32,000 nucleotides of DNA. It comes from Telmatocola sphagniphila. Its GTDB lineage: Bacteria > Planctomycetota > Planctomycetia > Gemmatales > Gemmataceae. The stretch covers positions 1,980,001-2,012,000 of the forward strand of contig NZ_CP074694.1 of assembly GCF_018398935.1 (NCBI RefSeq). The letters run 5' to 3'. Shown in pieces: positions 1 through 9,658 of the stretch; positions within the stretch are counted from its first letter, which is position 1, and each line of letters begins with the position of its first letter. Made by a program: the position numbers and the translations under genes. Below the pieces are notes generated by a model. It made no database searches. It saw only the letters and a list, made by a program, of their open reading frames with translations, and was not told the DNA's origin.

Positions 1-1
1 A

Positions 2-415
2 GGGTGGATCGCTTTCTTCTCGACGAATCCGGAGGCGACGGTGGCCCAGATCCTGGAAACCGTGGCCAGCCGCAATGCCATCGAGCAGGTCTTCAAGGAC
101 GTCAAGGAAGTTTGGAGAGCCGGTCAGCAGCAATTGCGAAACCTGCACGCCAACATCGGCGCGTTTCACATGAACCTGTGGATGATGACTTTGACCGAAC
201 TGTGGGCTTGGGATCAACCGCAAAGGAAGTTAGTGGATCGTGCCGATCGTCCCTGGGATAATCGGCCGCGACGGCCTTCTCATAACGATCGACGCAAGTC
301 GTTGCTAAAGCTGATTTTGCAAGAAGAATTTCGAGCACTTCCGCAAAGAGGGCCCGGAACGCGAAAATACAAAAAAGCCGTCAAACGCTTGTTCCAAATG
401 GCCTGCTCCGCTTAG
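2..415 (+). CDS. DDE transposase, C-terminal part (IS4/IS701-like superfamily); 5' end lies outside the window
   Basis: Frame 2 is open from nt 2 (GWIAFFSTNPEATVAQILE...), so track ORF 41..415 is only the Met-delimited tail. It carries SRNAIEQVFKDVK, an R-x3-E-x6/7-K string like the C-terminal catalytic-E region of IS4/IS701-type transposases. Family assignment is from memory. Confidence 0.6.
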   Translation, partial: GWIAFFSTNPEATVAQILETVASRNAIEQVFKDVKEVWRAGQQQLRNLHANIGAFHMNLWMMTLTELWAWDQPQRKLVDRADRPWDNRPRRPSHNDRRKSLLKLILQEEFRALPQRGPGTRKYKKAVKRLFQMACSA

Positions 416-447
416 ATTATCTGGGAAAGTGCAGTATTACTACTGAG

Positions 448-651
448 GATGGAAAAGCCGAAGTCGAGCAGGCAATGAAATCGCTCCGGCAAGCTATTGC
501 GGAGGGGTTTACCGGAGTAGGTCGTTTGAAGTCGGCTGCCCCTTTAGAACTTCTTCGTCCGCGTGCGGATTTTCAGAAGCTGGTTAAGGAATTGGAGGCA
601 AAAGTCTCGAAGATACTAGAAGCACCTATGCCATCCCAACAGAAGAAGTGA
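448..651 (+). pseudogene. Severed C-terminal tail of a Ser/Thr-kinase/TPR protein (third paralogue)
   Basis: Frame 1 has no start codon and reads ...EDGKAEVEQAMKSLRQAIAEGFTGVGRLKSAAPLELLRPRADFQKLVKELEAK...KK* (stop 649-651). This is collinear with the tail of ORF 4117..6291 (AMKFLRQAFDGGYDSVSNLRVDISLDSLRTREDFKKLLSEQEKK). It begins right after the transposase stop at 415. Confidence 0.45.
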
Positions 652-809
652 GAACCTGTCGATAGCCTTCATAGTGGAAAGAATGGAGGGGAAGTCAGTT
701 CCGGGCGATTGTCTCGGGTATCAACTCGAGAACATAAATTTTGATTTAATGACCTCAACATTTCCATTGATCGCTGGTAAGTCGGTCCTTCGAAAGCTAA
801 CTTGACGGA

Positions 810-1376
810 ATGACCGAATTAACTCGGATTCTGAACGACCTCAATTCAGGCGACCTGCACGCCTCCGCCAAACTGCTGCCGTTGGTGTACGAAGAGCTCC
901 GAAAGCTAGCCTCTATTCGCATGAACCCGGAATCGTCCGATCATACTTTGAGCCCAACAGCACTGGTGCACGAAGCGTACATTCGGCTGGTCGGCGCTGA
1001 AGACCTTCCTCGATGGGAAAATCGAGCCCATTTCTTTGCCGCCGCCGCAACCGCCATGCGACGTATTCTGATCGATCGAGCTCGACGAAAATCCCGCGCC
1101 ATCCACGGAGGAGAGCATCGGCGTGTAGCTTTTTCCTTAGATACGATTTTAGCGGTAGAGCCGAATGAAGAACTATTGGAGCTGGATCACGCTCTTACGA
1201 AGTTTGCTCAAAAGGATCCCCTCAAAGCCCAACTCGTCGAATTGCGTTTCTTTGCCGGTTTAACGAGCGATCAAGTCGCGGCGATTCTGGGGATTTCTCC
1301 AAGATCAGCCGATCGCCACTGGGTCTACGCGCAAGCCTGGTTGCGACGGGAAATCCTTCGTAGCCAAGACGAGTAA
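810..1376 (+). CDS. ECF-type RNA polymerase sigma factor (TIGR02999-like, kinase-associated ECF43-type group)
   Basis: 188-aa ORF with an ATG start. The N-terminus LLPLVYEELRKLASIRM...LSPTALVHEAYIRL and the region-4 HTH (LVELRFFAGLTSDQVAAILGISPRSADRHW) are characteristic. It sits directly upstream of a Ser/Thr kinase gene. It is paralogous to 30094..30654. Confidence 0.9.
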   Translation: MTELTRILNDLNSGDLHASAKLLPLVYEELRKLASIRMNPESSDHTLSPTALVHEAYIRLVGAEDLPRWENRAHFFAAAATAMRRILIDRARRKSRAIHGGEHRRVAFSLDTILAVEPNEELLELDHALTKFAQKDPLKAQLVELRFFAGLTSDQVAAILGISPRSADRHWVYAQAWLRREILRSQDE

Positions 1377-1461
1377 AAATTATTCAGGATTTTTGGCACT
1401 CGGGACATTCTTTTGTCGCATTGAGAGTAGGAACTACTCCGAATCCTCTCGAAGGACAGCC

Positions 1462-2377
1462 ATGACTGAAGAATCCTTGTTCCACGAAGCCTTAGCACTG
1501 TCCGCGGACGAACGATCCGTGTTCCTCGATAAAGCCTGCGCCAATCAGCCAGAACTTCGGGCATCGATCGAATCTCTATTAAGTGCCCATCAGAAACGTG
1601 GCAATCTGTTCGATCCGTTCGTTGCCAATCGGAATCCTTATTTGCAAACCGGACCTGAGCTAACTTCGGATTATAATCCGCAAATGGAATCGGGCTTAAT
1701 CATCGCGGGACGATATATTTTGCAGGAAAAGATCGGCGAAGGAGGGATGGGCGAGGTCTGGGTGGCCAAGCAAACCGAGCCGGTCAAACGCCGCATCGCA
1801 CTGAAACTGATCAAGGCGGGGATGGATACCAAGAGCGTCCTTCAGCGGTTTGAACAAGAGCGTCAAGCCCTGGCTCTGATGGATCATCCGAACATCGCCC
1901 GAGTTCTCGACGGAGGCATGACGGCAGACCGCCGGCCGTTCTTCGTCATGGAACTGGTCAACGGACTCCCATTAAACAAATTTTGCGATGAAGCCAAACT
2001 CGGAATTCGGGAGCGATTGGAGCTATTCATTCCGATCTGCCAAGCGGTCCAGCACGCACATCAAAAGGGGATTATTCATCGCGACTTAAAGCCGACTAAT
2101 ATCCTAGTGACGATCATAGATGGCCGGCCAATTCCTAAAGTAATTGATTTCGGTGTGGCCAAGGCAACCTCCGGTCATCTTTCGGAGGACTCCCCTTCCA
2201 CACAATTCGGAGCCGTCGTTGGCACTTTCGAATACATGGCTCCCGAACAAGCGGGCTATGCCGGTGAAGATATCGATACCCGAGCGGACATTTATTCCTT
2301 GGGTGTTCTTCTCTATGAACTACTGACCGGCATGAGACCTTTAGATGGCAGGCGATTGAAGAAAGCCGCTTTAATCG
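1462..2377 (+). pseudogene. Ser/Thr protein kinase, N-terminal fragment (sigma-proximal helical region plus catalytic domain), interrupted by an IS
   Basis: ATG at 1462 is preceded by GAAGGA. Kinase motifs are present: GEGGMGEVW, ALK, HRDLKPTNIL, DFGVAK, APE. Homology to the intact paralogue (27406..29961) stops at ...RRLKKAAL, exactly where the IS inverted repeat begins. The track ORF tail (IGSRQFPDFGIFSILRIG*) is IS-derived. Confidence 0.85.
2369..2377. repeat. Left copy of the target-site duplication CTTTAATCG
   Basis: Identical 9-mer at 4127-4135. Removing 2378-4135 restores the in-frame reading AAG AAA GCC GCT TTA ATC GAG ATG ATC (KKAALIEMI). Boundary ambiguity allows 7-9 bp. Confidence 0.8.
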
Positions 2378-4126
2378 GTAGTCGACAATTCCCTGATTTT
2401 GGTATTTTCTCGATTTTGCGGATCGGTTAGAAATTGGCAATGGATGCCAAGGAGCAACTCAAGGAAGATGTCCGGACGGGAAAGGTCAGCACCGATTACC
2501 TGATCGACTTGATTTTTTCCCTCCAGAACCAATTGCAAGCAGCTCTCCAAGAAATCGCAGACCTCAAAAAGCAAATCGCCTCCTCTCCTACGCCCAAGGT
2601 CGCTGAACCGTATTCGATAAAGGCGGAAGAGAAGCGCCAAGAAGCCAAGAATCCGAAAAAAAAGCGTAAGCAGAAGAATGGCAAGAAACGCGGTCGCATC
2701 ACCTCGGCGGAAAAGATCGCTCAGGCCGAACGCAGCGAAGCGATTTATCCTGAAGGCCTGGACAAGAACGCATGTCATTTGTCGCACACTCGACCGGTGT
2801 GGCGAGTAGAAAACGGTCGAGCGGTGCTGATCGCCTACCAGATTTATCGGGGCCCTAAAAACCGCTACGGCCAAATCCCTGGCGTGATAGGCCGCAGCGA
2901 ATTCGGCATAGAAATCTTCGTCGAGATTGCTTTCCTGGTCTACACCGTCGGGATGTCATTCGACAAAGTCTGTCTGTCGCTCCAATTCTTTCAGAATATG
3001 ACTCTGCGAAAAGCGCAGGTCGATGCGTTGCTGCACCGGTTGTCGCGTCATTGGGAAAAGGAATTCGATACGCTGTGCACGCTGGTGGCCAACTCATTGG
3101 TTGTCTGGACCGATGAGACGGGCTGGAGCTTGAACAGCGTGTGGGCGTTCCTCTCGGAGAAAGCCCGGATCCTGTTGTTCGGAGTCAACAAGGATGCCGA
3201 CACGCTGGCGAAAATTCTCGACCCGTCCACGTTCAAAGGTCTGGTGGTCAGCGACGATGCGGCGGTTTACGGGCACTTCACTCATTCGCAAAAGTGCTGG
3301 GCGCACCTGTTGCGGAAGGCCATCAAGCTGACGTTGCTCGAACCGGACAATGCCGAATACCGCCGCTTCACCGATCGGTTAATCGAAATCTATCGGAAGG
3401 CTGTTCGCGTCAAGCGCGACGGACGACTGGGCGAGGCGGGTCGTCTCCAGAAAATTGCCGAACTGGAGGACGAGATCGTCGTCTTGTGCAGGCCCCTGTG
3501 GTCTCAGAATTTGCCGAAGTTGGCCGGAACGCAAGACGATTATCGCAAGCTGAACAACGAAATCATGACGCTGGTGATGAGGGAGGAGTTATTCGCGTTC
3601 GTGACGACCGAGGAGGTGGAGCAACCCAACGGGGTAACTGTGGAAGTCGGGGCGACGAACAACGAAAGCGAACGGACGCTGCGGAAGCCTGCAGAAGCCC
3701 GCAAGACGGGCCGGACCAGCAAGTCGCTGTTCGGGGCTCGTCGGCAATCGATTTTGACCAGCGTGCTGGAATCGCTCCGCTTGTACCTGAAACAGTTCAC
3801 CTTGGCGAACGTAATCGAAGAGATCAACAGTTGGACCGAGGAAGGGATCAGCTGCTTTACGAAATTGTTGAATAAGATGAACTTGTCGCTCCCCAAAATC
3901 TCTGTCCTCAATGGACTGTTTCCCAAGGTTGAAGCAGAGCCCAAACTCAAACCAAGCGGGTAGATAAAAGGTGTCGCCTGTCCTCCTCCAATACAACGGT
4001 AAAAACCAGACCCAATCAAGCGCTAAGCAACGAGTTTTCACCTGTGCCGATAACCCATCTGTCGGCAAATTCAAAAGCCGAGTCAACCTCAGCATGCTCC
4101 ATGCTGCGCACAGATATTGCGGCTAC
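2378..4126 (+). mobile_element. IS66-family insertion sequence, single-ORF (ISBst12-like) type, 1,749 bp
   Basis: Imperfect terminal inverted repeats: GTAGTCGACAAT... at 2378, and reverse-complement GTAGCCGCAAT... ending at 4126. It is flanked by a 9-bp direct repeat, encodes one transposase ORF, and lies inside a kinase gene. Confidence 0.75.
2440..3963 (+). CDS. IS66-family DDE transposase
   Basis: ATG at 2440 (track uses TTG at 2434). N-terminal coiled-coil/basic region (KKKRKQKNGKKRGR), then WTDETGW, VVSDDAAVYGHF and QKCWAHLLRK, matching the D..D..CwAH signature I associate with DDE_Tnp_IS66. Confidence 0.8.
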   Translation: MDAKEQLKEDVRTGKVSTDYLIDLIFSLQNQLQAALQEIADLKKQIASSPTPKVAEPYSIKAEEKRQEAKNPKKKRKQKNGKKRGRITSAEKIAQAERSEAIYPEGLDKNACHLSHTRPVWRVENGRAVLIAYQIYRGPKNRYGQIPGVIGRSEFGIEIFVEIAFLVYTVGMSFDKVCLSLQFFQNMTLRKAQVDALLHRLSRHWEKEFDTLCTLVANSLVVWTDETGWSLNSVWAFLSEKARILLFGVNKDADTLAKILDPSTFKGLVVSDDAAVYGHFTHSQKCWAHLLRKAIKLTLLEPDNAEYRRFTDRLIEIYRKAVRVKRDGRLGEAGRLQKIAELEDEIVVLCRPLWSQNLPKLAGTQDDYRKLNNEIMTLVMREELFAFVTTEEVEQPNGVTVEVGATNNESERTLRKPAEARKTGRTSKSLFGARRQSILTSVLESLRLYLKQFTLANVIEEINSWTEEGISCFTKLLNKMNLSLPKISVLNGLFPKVEAEPKLKPSG

Positions 4127-4135
4127 CTTTAATCG
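4127..4135. repeat. Right copy of the target-site duplication CTTTAATCG
   Basis: See 2369-2377. Confidence 0.8.
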
Positions 4136-6291
4136 AGATGATCCGCATCATCAAAGAAGAAGAACCCTCCAAGCCCTCGACGAGGATCTCGACAGAAGAA
4201 ACGGCACCTTCCCAAGCCGCCTTACGACATACCGAACCCAAAAAGCTTGCAGCTATGTTGCGGGGGGAACTCGACTGGGTAGTAATGAAGTGTTTGGAGA
4301 AGCAGCGCGATCGTCGCTACGAGACCGCCAGTGGATTAGCGAGGGATATTCAACGCTATCTTTCGAACGATATGGTCGAGGCCCGACCGGCGAGTGCCGG
4401 TTACCGCTTTAAGAAATTTGTCAGCCGCCACAAGGGCCAAGTGGCCGCGGTTGCCTTAATTCTCGTTGCACTCTTAGCGGGAATCGTGGGCACGGCGTGG
4501 GGGCTTTTTCGAGAGGATAAGGCCAACACCCAATTAGCAAAGAAGATCGACGAGTTAGCCGAAGAGCAAACAAAAGTGCAGGCTCGATTCGAATTGGCTC
4601 AGAAAGCCATCGCTGCTTTACATACGGGTGTCAGCGAAGATTTTTTGCTCAAGAGTGATCAATTCAAAGAGCTACGTAATCGGCTACTCGGACAAGCCGC
4701 TGACTTCTATAAGGATCTAGAGAAATTATTAGAGGGGCAGACCGATACGAAATCGCGCCGTCTGTTGGCCGAGGGGTATTTTCAGCTGGCCGAGTTGATG
4801 GGCAAGACCGGGTCCCAATCTGGAGCGTTGGATGTTCAACGAAAAGCCTTAGCAATCCGACGAGCTTTGGCGAAAGAGCCTGGGGCTGATGTGGAAATGC
4901 AGTTAGATGTAGCTCGAAGTCTGGGTGCGACAGGCAATATACTGTACGCCACCGGTGACTTGGAGGGTGCTTTGCGTGAATTTGCTGAACAGGAAGATGT
5001 AGCCAGATTACTAGAGATCAAATTTCCGATCGAGTCAGTGCGGACTGCTTTAGCACAATCATTGAATTCCACAAGCTGGACTCTGTATCTGAAAGGTAAG
5101 TCTGATGAAGCGCTGCTCGCAAGCGAGAAAGCTGTGAAAATCTTGGATGAGGTTTCAAAAATCAACCCGAATGCCGCTGCAATCCGATTTGATTTAGCCT
5201 CAAGTCTCATGCGAATGGGTACGATTCTACCGAATGTTGGTAAGTGGCAGGATGCGTTTTCATCCCTGGAGAGTGCGCGGCTCATACTCAAGAAACTAGC
5301 CGACGACCACCCCACCGTCGTTCGGTATCGACACCAATTAGCAGTAACAACTACCAACACTTCCGCTTGTTTATTCGATGTCGGAAATTTCAGGAAAACG
5401 CTCGCGACCACTAAAGAGGCGATATCAATTCTACAGCAACCAGTGGACGGCTATCCTGGATTAATCCAATTTCAGCACACACTCGCCTTGGACTACTTAA
5501 ATTCAGGCCGGGCCATGGGTGAGTTAGGAATGCTCCTGGAGGCAAAACCGGCCTTCGAGACAGCAATGAAAATTTGGAAGAATCTTGTCGAAGCCTCTCC
5601 GACCGAGATCACTTATCAATATTTTTTTGCATTTTGCAGTAACGAGATCGGAAAACTGCAGGCTCGAACAGGCAACCCAGAGAAATCATTTGAAGCTCAT
5701 GAAAAAGCTAAGACTCTGCTTCAAAGCCTCTCTGAAAAGCAACCAACCTTCCATTGGGCGAAACGCGTCCTTGCGAATACTAATGAAAATATTAGCAAAT
5801 TACTGACAGCTTCAGGAAAGTATGAAGAGGCACTTTCGGTCTGCCACAAAGCTTTGGCGATCCGACAAAAGCTCAAAGAGGAGCAGCCCAACGTCACTTG
5901 GACAAGCGAGGAACTATCTGCTACTCTTATCAGCTTAGCAAAAGTACAACGTCAGATGGTGAAGCTAGCGGACGCATTGGTATCGATACGGCGTGCCATC
6001 GCGTTCTTGGAACAATTACCCACACGCACTCCTCGTAACACCTACAATCTCGCCTGCTGTTACGCTCTTCTGGCCGGAATTTCAACGATGAAAGAAGCAG
6101 GAATTCGACTCGATGATGGCGCAAATTATTCTAATATTGCAATGAAGTTCCTACGGCAGGCTTTTGATGGCGGTTATGATAGCGTTTCCAATTTACGGGT
6201 CGACATCTCTCTTGATTCTCTTCGGACCCGTGAAGACTTCAAAAAATTACTCTCGGAACAGGAAAAGAAGTTCGAAGACAAAATGCCCTAG
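4127..6291 (+). pseudogene. Ser/Thr protein kinase, C-terminal fragment (end of kinase domain, one TM helix, long TPR-like region)
   Basis: It continues the paralogue alignment: IEMIRIIKEEEPSKPS...LDWVVMKCLEKQRDRRYETASGLARDIQRYLSNDMVEARP. TM helix VAAVALILVALLAGIVGTAWGLF. This is followed by about 560 aa of repeated helical A/L/E-rich units and a tail like that at 448-651. Confidence 0.85.
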
Positions 6292-6444
6292 TTGCGAGCC
6301 ACACTGAAACTTCCACCACCAGCGCCGGGAATGCCAAATATTGTCCAATATTAAGTGGAAGTATTATTTGCGCTATTCCATTGCCAATCAGCTAAATTTT
6401 GGTCGTAACTCAATTTTTAAACTATAAGCGAAAAGGCGACAGAC

Positions 6445-6747
6445 ATGAATTTTCTCTTTGAGCACCCAATTTTGTGCATTCCTCCAATGTTGAACGTTGT
6501 TGCCATTCTGCTGTATCGAGGAATATTTCGGTATTATGCGATCTTACTACTTATCCCTATAGGTTCAGCAGCGGCTTTCGATTTTTACAGTCTATCGCAA
6601 AATGGGAATCTCACTGGTATTGCGACAATTTTGGTTTCTGGACCTTCCGTTCTAGTCCTTTTCATACTTGGAGTCATAAATCTTTTCTCGCGAGTCACTC
6701 GATCCCGACACCAGTCTAATATTTCTGATGAGGATCTATCAGCGTAG
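6445..6747 (+). CDS. Hypothetical small membrane protein (about 3 TM)
   Basis: 100-aa ORF with three hydrophobic stretches, located in a low-GC stretch. No recognisable family. Coding status rests only on ORF length and hydrophobicity. Confidence 0.4.
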   Translation: MNFLFEHPILCIPPMLNVVAILLYRGIFRYYAILLLIPIGSAAAFDFYSLSQNGNLTGIATILVSGPSVLVLFILGVINLFSRVTRSRHQSNISDEDLSA

Positions 6748-6905
6748 GCGCGGCGGTTGCAAACTACAGCGGTCGGAGAGCCAGCTCAATTAAATACTTT
6801 CCCCGATGTTTACGCAACTTTGTCTGCTTCGAAGCGAATCTTTTATGATTCTTCGGTGATAACCGGCTATCCGGCAAGGGGGGGTGTGATGAAATTTCGC
6901 GTATG

Positions 6906-6986
6906 AGAGTCTGTTCCAAAAGCCGGGATGAACCCTACAAATCCTTGAGATATTAGCCCGAAATAGGGGCTTTTGGAACAGACTCT
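6906..6986. repeat. Perfect 19-bp inverted repeat (AGAGTCTGTTCCAAAAGCC / GGCTTTTGGAACAGACTCT) with a 43-nt spacer
   Basis: Arms at 6906-6924 and 6968-6986, read directly. It is intergenic. GAAATAGGG occurs inside the loop end and again just after the right arm. Confidence 0.8.
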
Positions 6987-7268
6987 GAAATAGGGAACCT
7001 CGGCTCGGTGGATTTGGAAAAGCATTTATTAAAGTGGCAAAATGATATTCTCGAAGTGCTTAGGGCTCTCGAATGTTCGTCGGAATTGCGCTAACGAAAG
7101 GATTGGAGACTACCCTTTTTTGGAACGTTCGGTGGTCAGATTCAAAAAAATCTGCTTCATGACGCGAATGTTTTCTTTCTTCTGACCAGAACAACTTACA
7201 TCATTCGTGGGACAGATTTGATGGCTCGCGTGGAATTTTATGGTCCCATTTCTACACATGAGGGATTT

Positions 7269-7601
7269 ATGAAGAGACAAACAAGCAAATTATCTCTAAT
7301 TTTTGGATCATCAAACATAATTCTTATGAGCGCAATTGTAGGTGTCGAACTATTAAGTATTATTGATGGAATAGCGGTTTCACTGATCGGACTAACCATA
7401 TGCTTTTTCTGGATCCGAAGAAATCGGAAAGAAAAAAGAAGCAGATCAATGGTTGGAATTTCAGAGAACAGGAGTAATAAAAGTAGAGTATTGAGCTATC
7501 TCCCTTATATTTTCGGTGCTATCTGGATCATATTTTTTATTTATCATTTACGCCTTATGTTTGACTTCATTTTCAGCGGAGGAAGTTGGGGGAGCTTTTG
7601 A
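7269..7601 (+). CDS. Hypothetical small membrane protein
   Basis: ATG at 7269 is preceded by GAGGGA (track ORF starts at 7218). Two to three TM stretches are separated by a basic loop (RRNRKEKRSRS). No family recognised. Confidence 0.4.
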   Translation: MKRQTSKLSLIFGSSNIILMSAIVGVELLSIIDGIAVSLIGLTICFFWIRRNRKEKRSRSMVGISENRSNKSRVLSYLPYIFGAIWIIFFIYHLRLMFDFIFSGGSWGSF

Positions 7602-7727
7602 ATTTGGAATCTTTCCGCACCCCTTAATTTGTGAACAGTTCAGCACCCTTACCCTCTGACAACCGAAGCTTTTTACCCGGCTTGCCGAAATCGCTATTAT
7701 GAAATCGACTTCTATCTCCGTTTTAGT

Positions 7728-7991
7728 TCACTTGAGTCCGATGATTTTTGAAACCAATACAGCTTGCAGTATCCCTAAAGGTATCAACGAATAGAACGTG
7801 ATTCTGGGTTTCTTGAAACCTTTGGATATCAAGTACCCAACTATCGGGCCAACAATAGCTCCTATTGCGATAGCGATTGGCCATTTTTCCCGATAGGGAA
7901 GAGTATTCGCTCCAAGAAAGACTACCGTTCCAGAACACATTGCGAACCAGAATGAATACAAGATCAGAATGAAAGAGGGTAATTTTATCAT
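7728..7991 (-). CDS. Hypothetical small membrane protein
   Basis: 87-aa ORF that is almost entirely hydrophobic (3 TM). It overlaps the alternative-frame ORF 7723..7938, which I consider spurious. Confidence 0.45.
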   Translation of the reverse strand: MIKLPSFILILYSFWFAMCSGTVVFLGANTLPYREKWPIAIAIGAIVGPIVGYLISKGFKKPRITFYSLIPLGILQAVLVSKIIGLK

Positions 7992-8425
7992 GTTGGGTTT
8001 AATGCCACTACATTCGAAAAATCACCCGAAATGCAGCTTCTGAGTTATGTCGCGAGATGGATTCACTGGTTCCAGGTGTGGAATAAAGAAGAATCCGGTT
8101 AGAATATCCCACAAGCAAAAATATGACAAGTGGACAACGCGACATTAGAAATAATTCCGGTTACCGATATCGATATCGACAAGTGCAAGTATATTTTTAG
8201 AAACGGATTTTACGTATCTCGAGGGTCAAAAAGACTCCACTAGTGAAGAAAGATAATCCCGACGTGCTTCGCATAACACTGCCCATTGAGACGCGGCTTA
8301 TCTCGCGATGAAAATGAGTATGCGCGGCATCGATTCGACTTTTTATTAACTTGATGAAACCGGCTTTCTGGCGTACAATAAGTTTCGCCTTGCGAATTCG
8401 AAATATATTACAAGCCAAGTGTCCA

Positions 8426-8926
8426 ATGAAGCCTCAAACATCAATCGCCTTGCTGTTGATCCTGGTCAGTGGATGCGGACCGCGCGTCTTTAATTCGATA
8501 CCTGGCAAAGAACCTTTATTTTCTGTTCATCCTGTTGTGGCATGGGGCGCTGTTCAAAATGAAGTGAGTTATTACTTCAAAGGACGACCCTACTTCTATG
8601 ACTCCGATCAAGAATTGACCAACGTAACATTCGTTTCAGCGAGTTGTCTTCCTACCAACGGTATGAATTTTCCCGTACATGCCGAATTAAGTGAACAGCA
8701 ACGAAAGCAATTGAGAGATTTTGCAATTGCGCATCCTGCCAAAGAATACGTTCTTCGTCTTAGCTCCGAAAAGCCAATGAAATCGGCATCTGGCCCTCCC
8801 ATAGCAAAGATCATTGCGAATTTCGATCTCATCAATTTAGATAAAAACAATCTCATTGGTTTCCACGAAATCGATGATAATCATGCAACGGAATTAGCCA
8901 AAAAGCTCACATCAAGTTCTCCTTAA
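8426..8926 (+). CDS. Putative lipoprotein
   Basis: The internal ATG at 8426 gives MKPQTSIALLLILVSGC, a signal peptide with an L-V-S-G-C lipobox. The remainder is soluble with no recognised family. Confidence 0.55.
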   Translation: MKPQTSIALLLILVSGCGPRVFNSIPGKEPLFSVHPVVAWGAVQNEVSYYFKGRPYFYDSDQELTNVTFVSASCLPTNGMNFPVHAELSEQQRKQLRDFAIAHPAKEYVLRLSSEKPMKSASGPPIAKIIANFDLINLDKNNLIGFHEIDDNHATELAKKLTSSSP

Positions 8927-9328
8927 ATATATTTCACACTCTATGATGTGCTGCACTTTGGTGATTCCCTCATCAGCCCTATCGTGTTTCAACCAATTAA
9001 ACCACTTGGAGATTTTTCGCATAAAATACCGACGTCCCCCGGACACTTTTCTCTCCTACCGGGTAATTAACAAATAGCCCTATTTTCTGTCCCCATCAGA
9101 CGACCGATCGTGAGGCGACGTCGCTGAGGATTGTTAAAGCGATTGCTAATTTAATTTGACGAGTGGTTCTGGTAATGAGGATGTGAGGAAATGAAATCAC
9201 CCCTTCTGAGTAGGCAGAAAGGGCATTTAGTCCATGTACCCACTCATAGTCTGTGAGCGTTCTGCCAACTCCCTTCTTGATCGATTTGTTACCCTGAAGG
9301 CTTTCTCAACCTTTCAGGAGTCGGCAGC

Positions 9329-9658
9329 ATGGCGAAGCCCCATTTGCGAGATCCCCAACGCGAGCAATTATGGCGAGCGACTTTTCAGTCTTGGCAATCG
9401 AGCGGTCTGAGCGTCCGCGCATTTTGCGAATTACGCGGCCTCACCGAATCGGCTTTTTACTTTTGGCGTAAAGAACTCCGCAAGCGGGAAGCGGAAGCCC
9501 AGCCGGCCTTCGTACCGGTGACCGTTGTTCCCGTTCCGGCCGCCGCGACCATCGAAGTCCGCTGTCCCTCGGGCCACATTGTGACTGTTCACAGTGTCGA
9601 GGAATCGACCTTTCGAGCCCTCTTCGGCGCGTTATCTGCCCAGGAGGCGTCATGCTGA
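9329..9658 (+). CDS. tnpA: IS66 Orf1 (TnpA) accessory protein
   Basis: 109 aa: WRATFQSWQSSGLSVRAFCELRGLTESAFYFWRKEL...IEVRCPSGHIVTV. Its stop overlaps the tnpB start. A paralogue tail lies at 31800-32000. Confidence 0.85.
   Translation: MAKPHLRDPQREQLWRATFQSWQSSGLSVRAFCELRGLTESAFYFWRKELRKREAEAQPAFVPVTVVPVPAAATIEVRCPSGHIVTVHSVEESTFRALFGALSAQEASC

Noticed and set aside
2371-4412. Alternative and antisense ORFs over the IS66-family element (2371..2874, 3141..3875, 3540..4019, 3589..4095, 4044..4412)
   Set aside because: They overlap the well-supported transposase frame or bridge the IS/kinase junction. 4044..4412 mixes the IS end with out-of-frame kinase sequence.
4836-5411. 191-aa minus-strand ORF inside the TPR region
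   Set aside because: It is antisense to a frame with clear paralogue support, and its content is low-complexity Ser/Ala-rich.
8820-8890. EF-hand-like loop (DKNNLIGFHEID) in the lipoprotein
   Set aside because: The positions of the liganding residues do not fit the D-x-[DN]-x-[DN]-G...E pattern.
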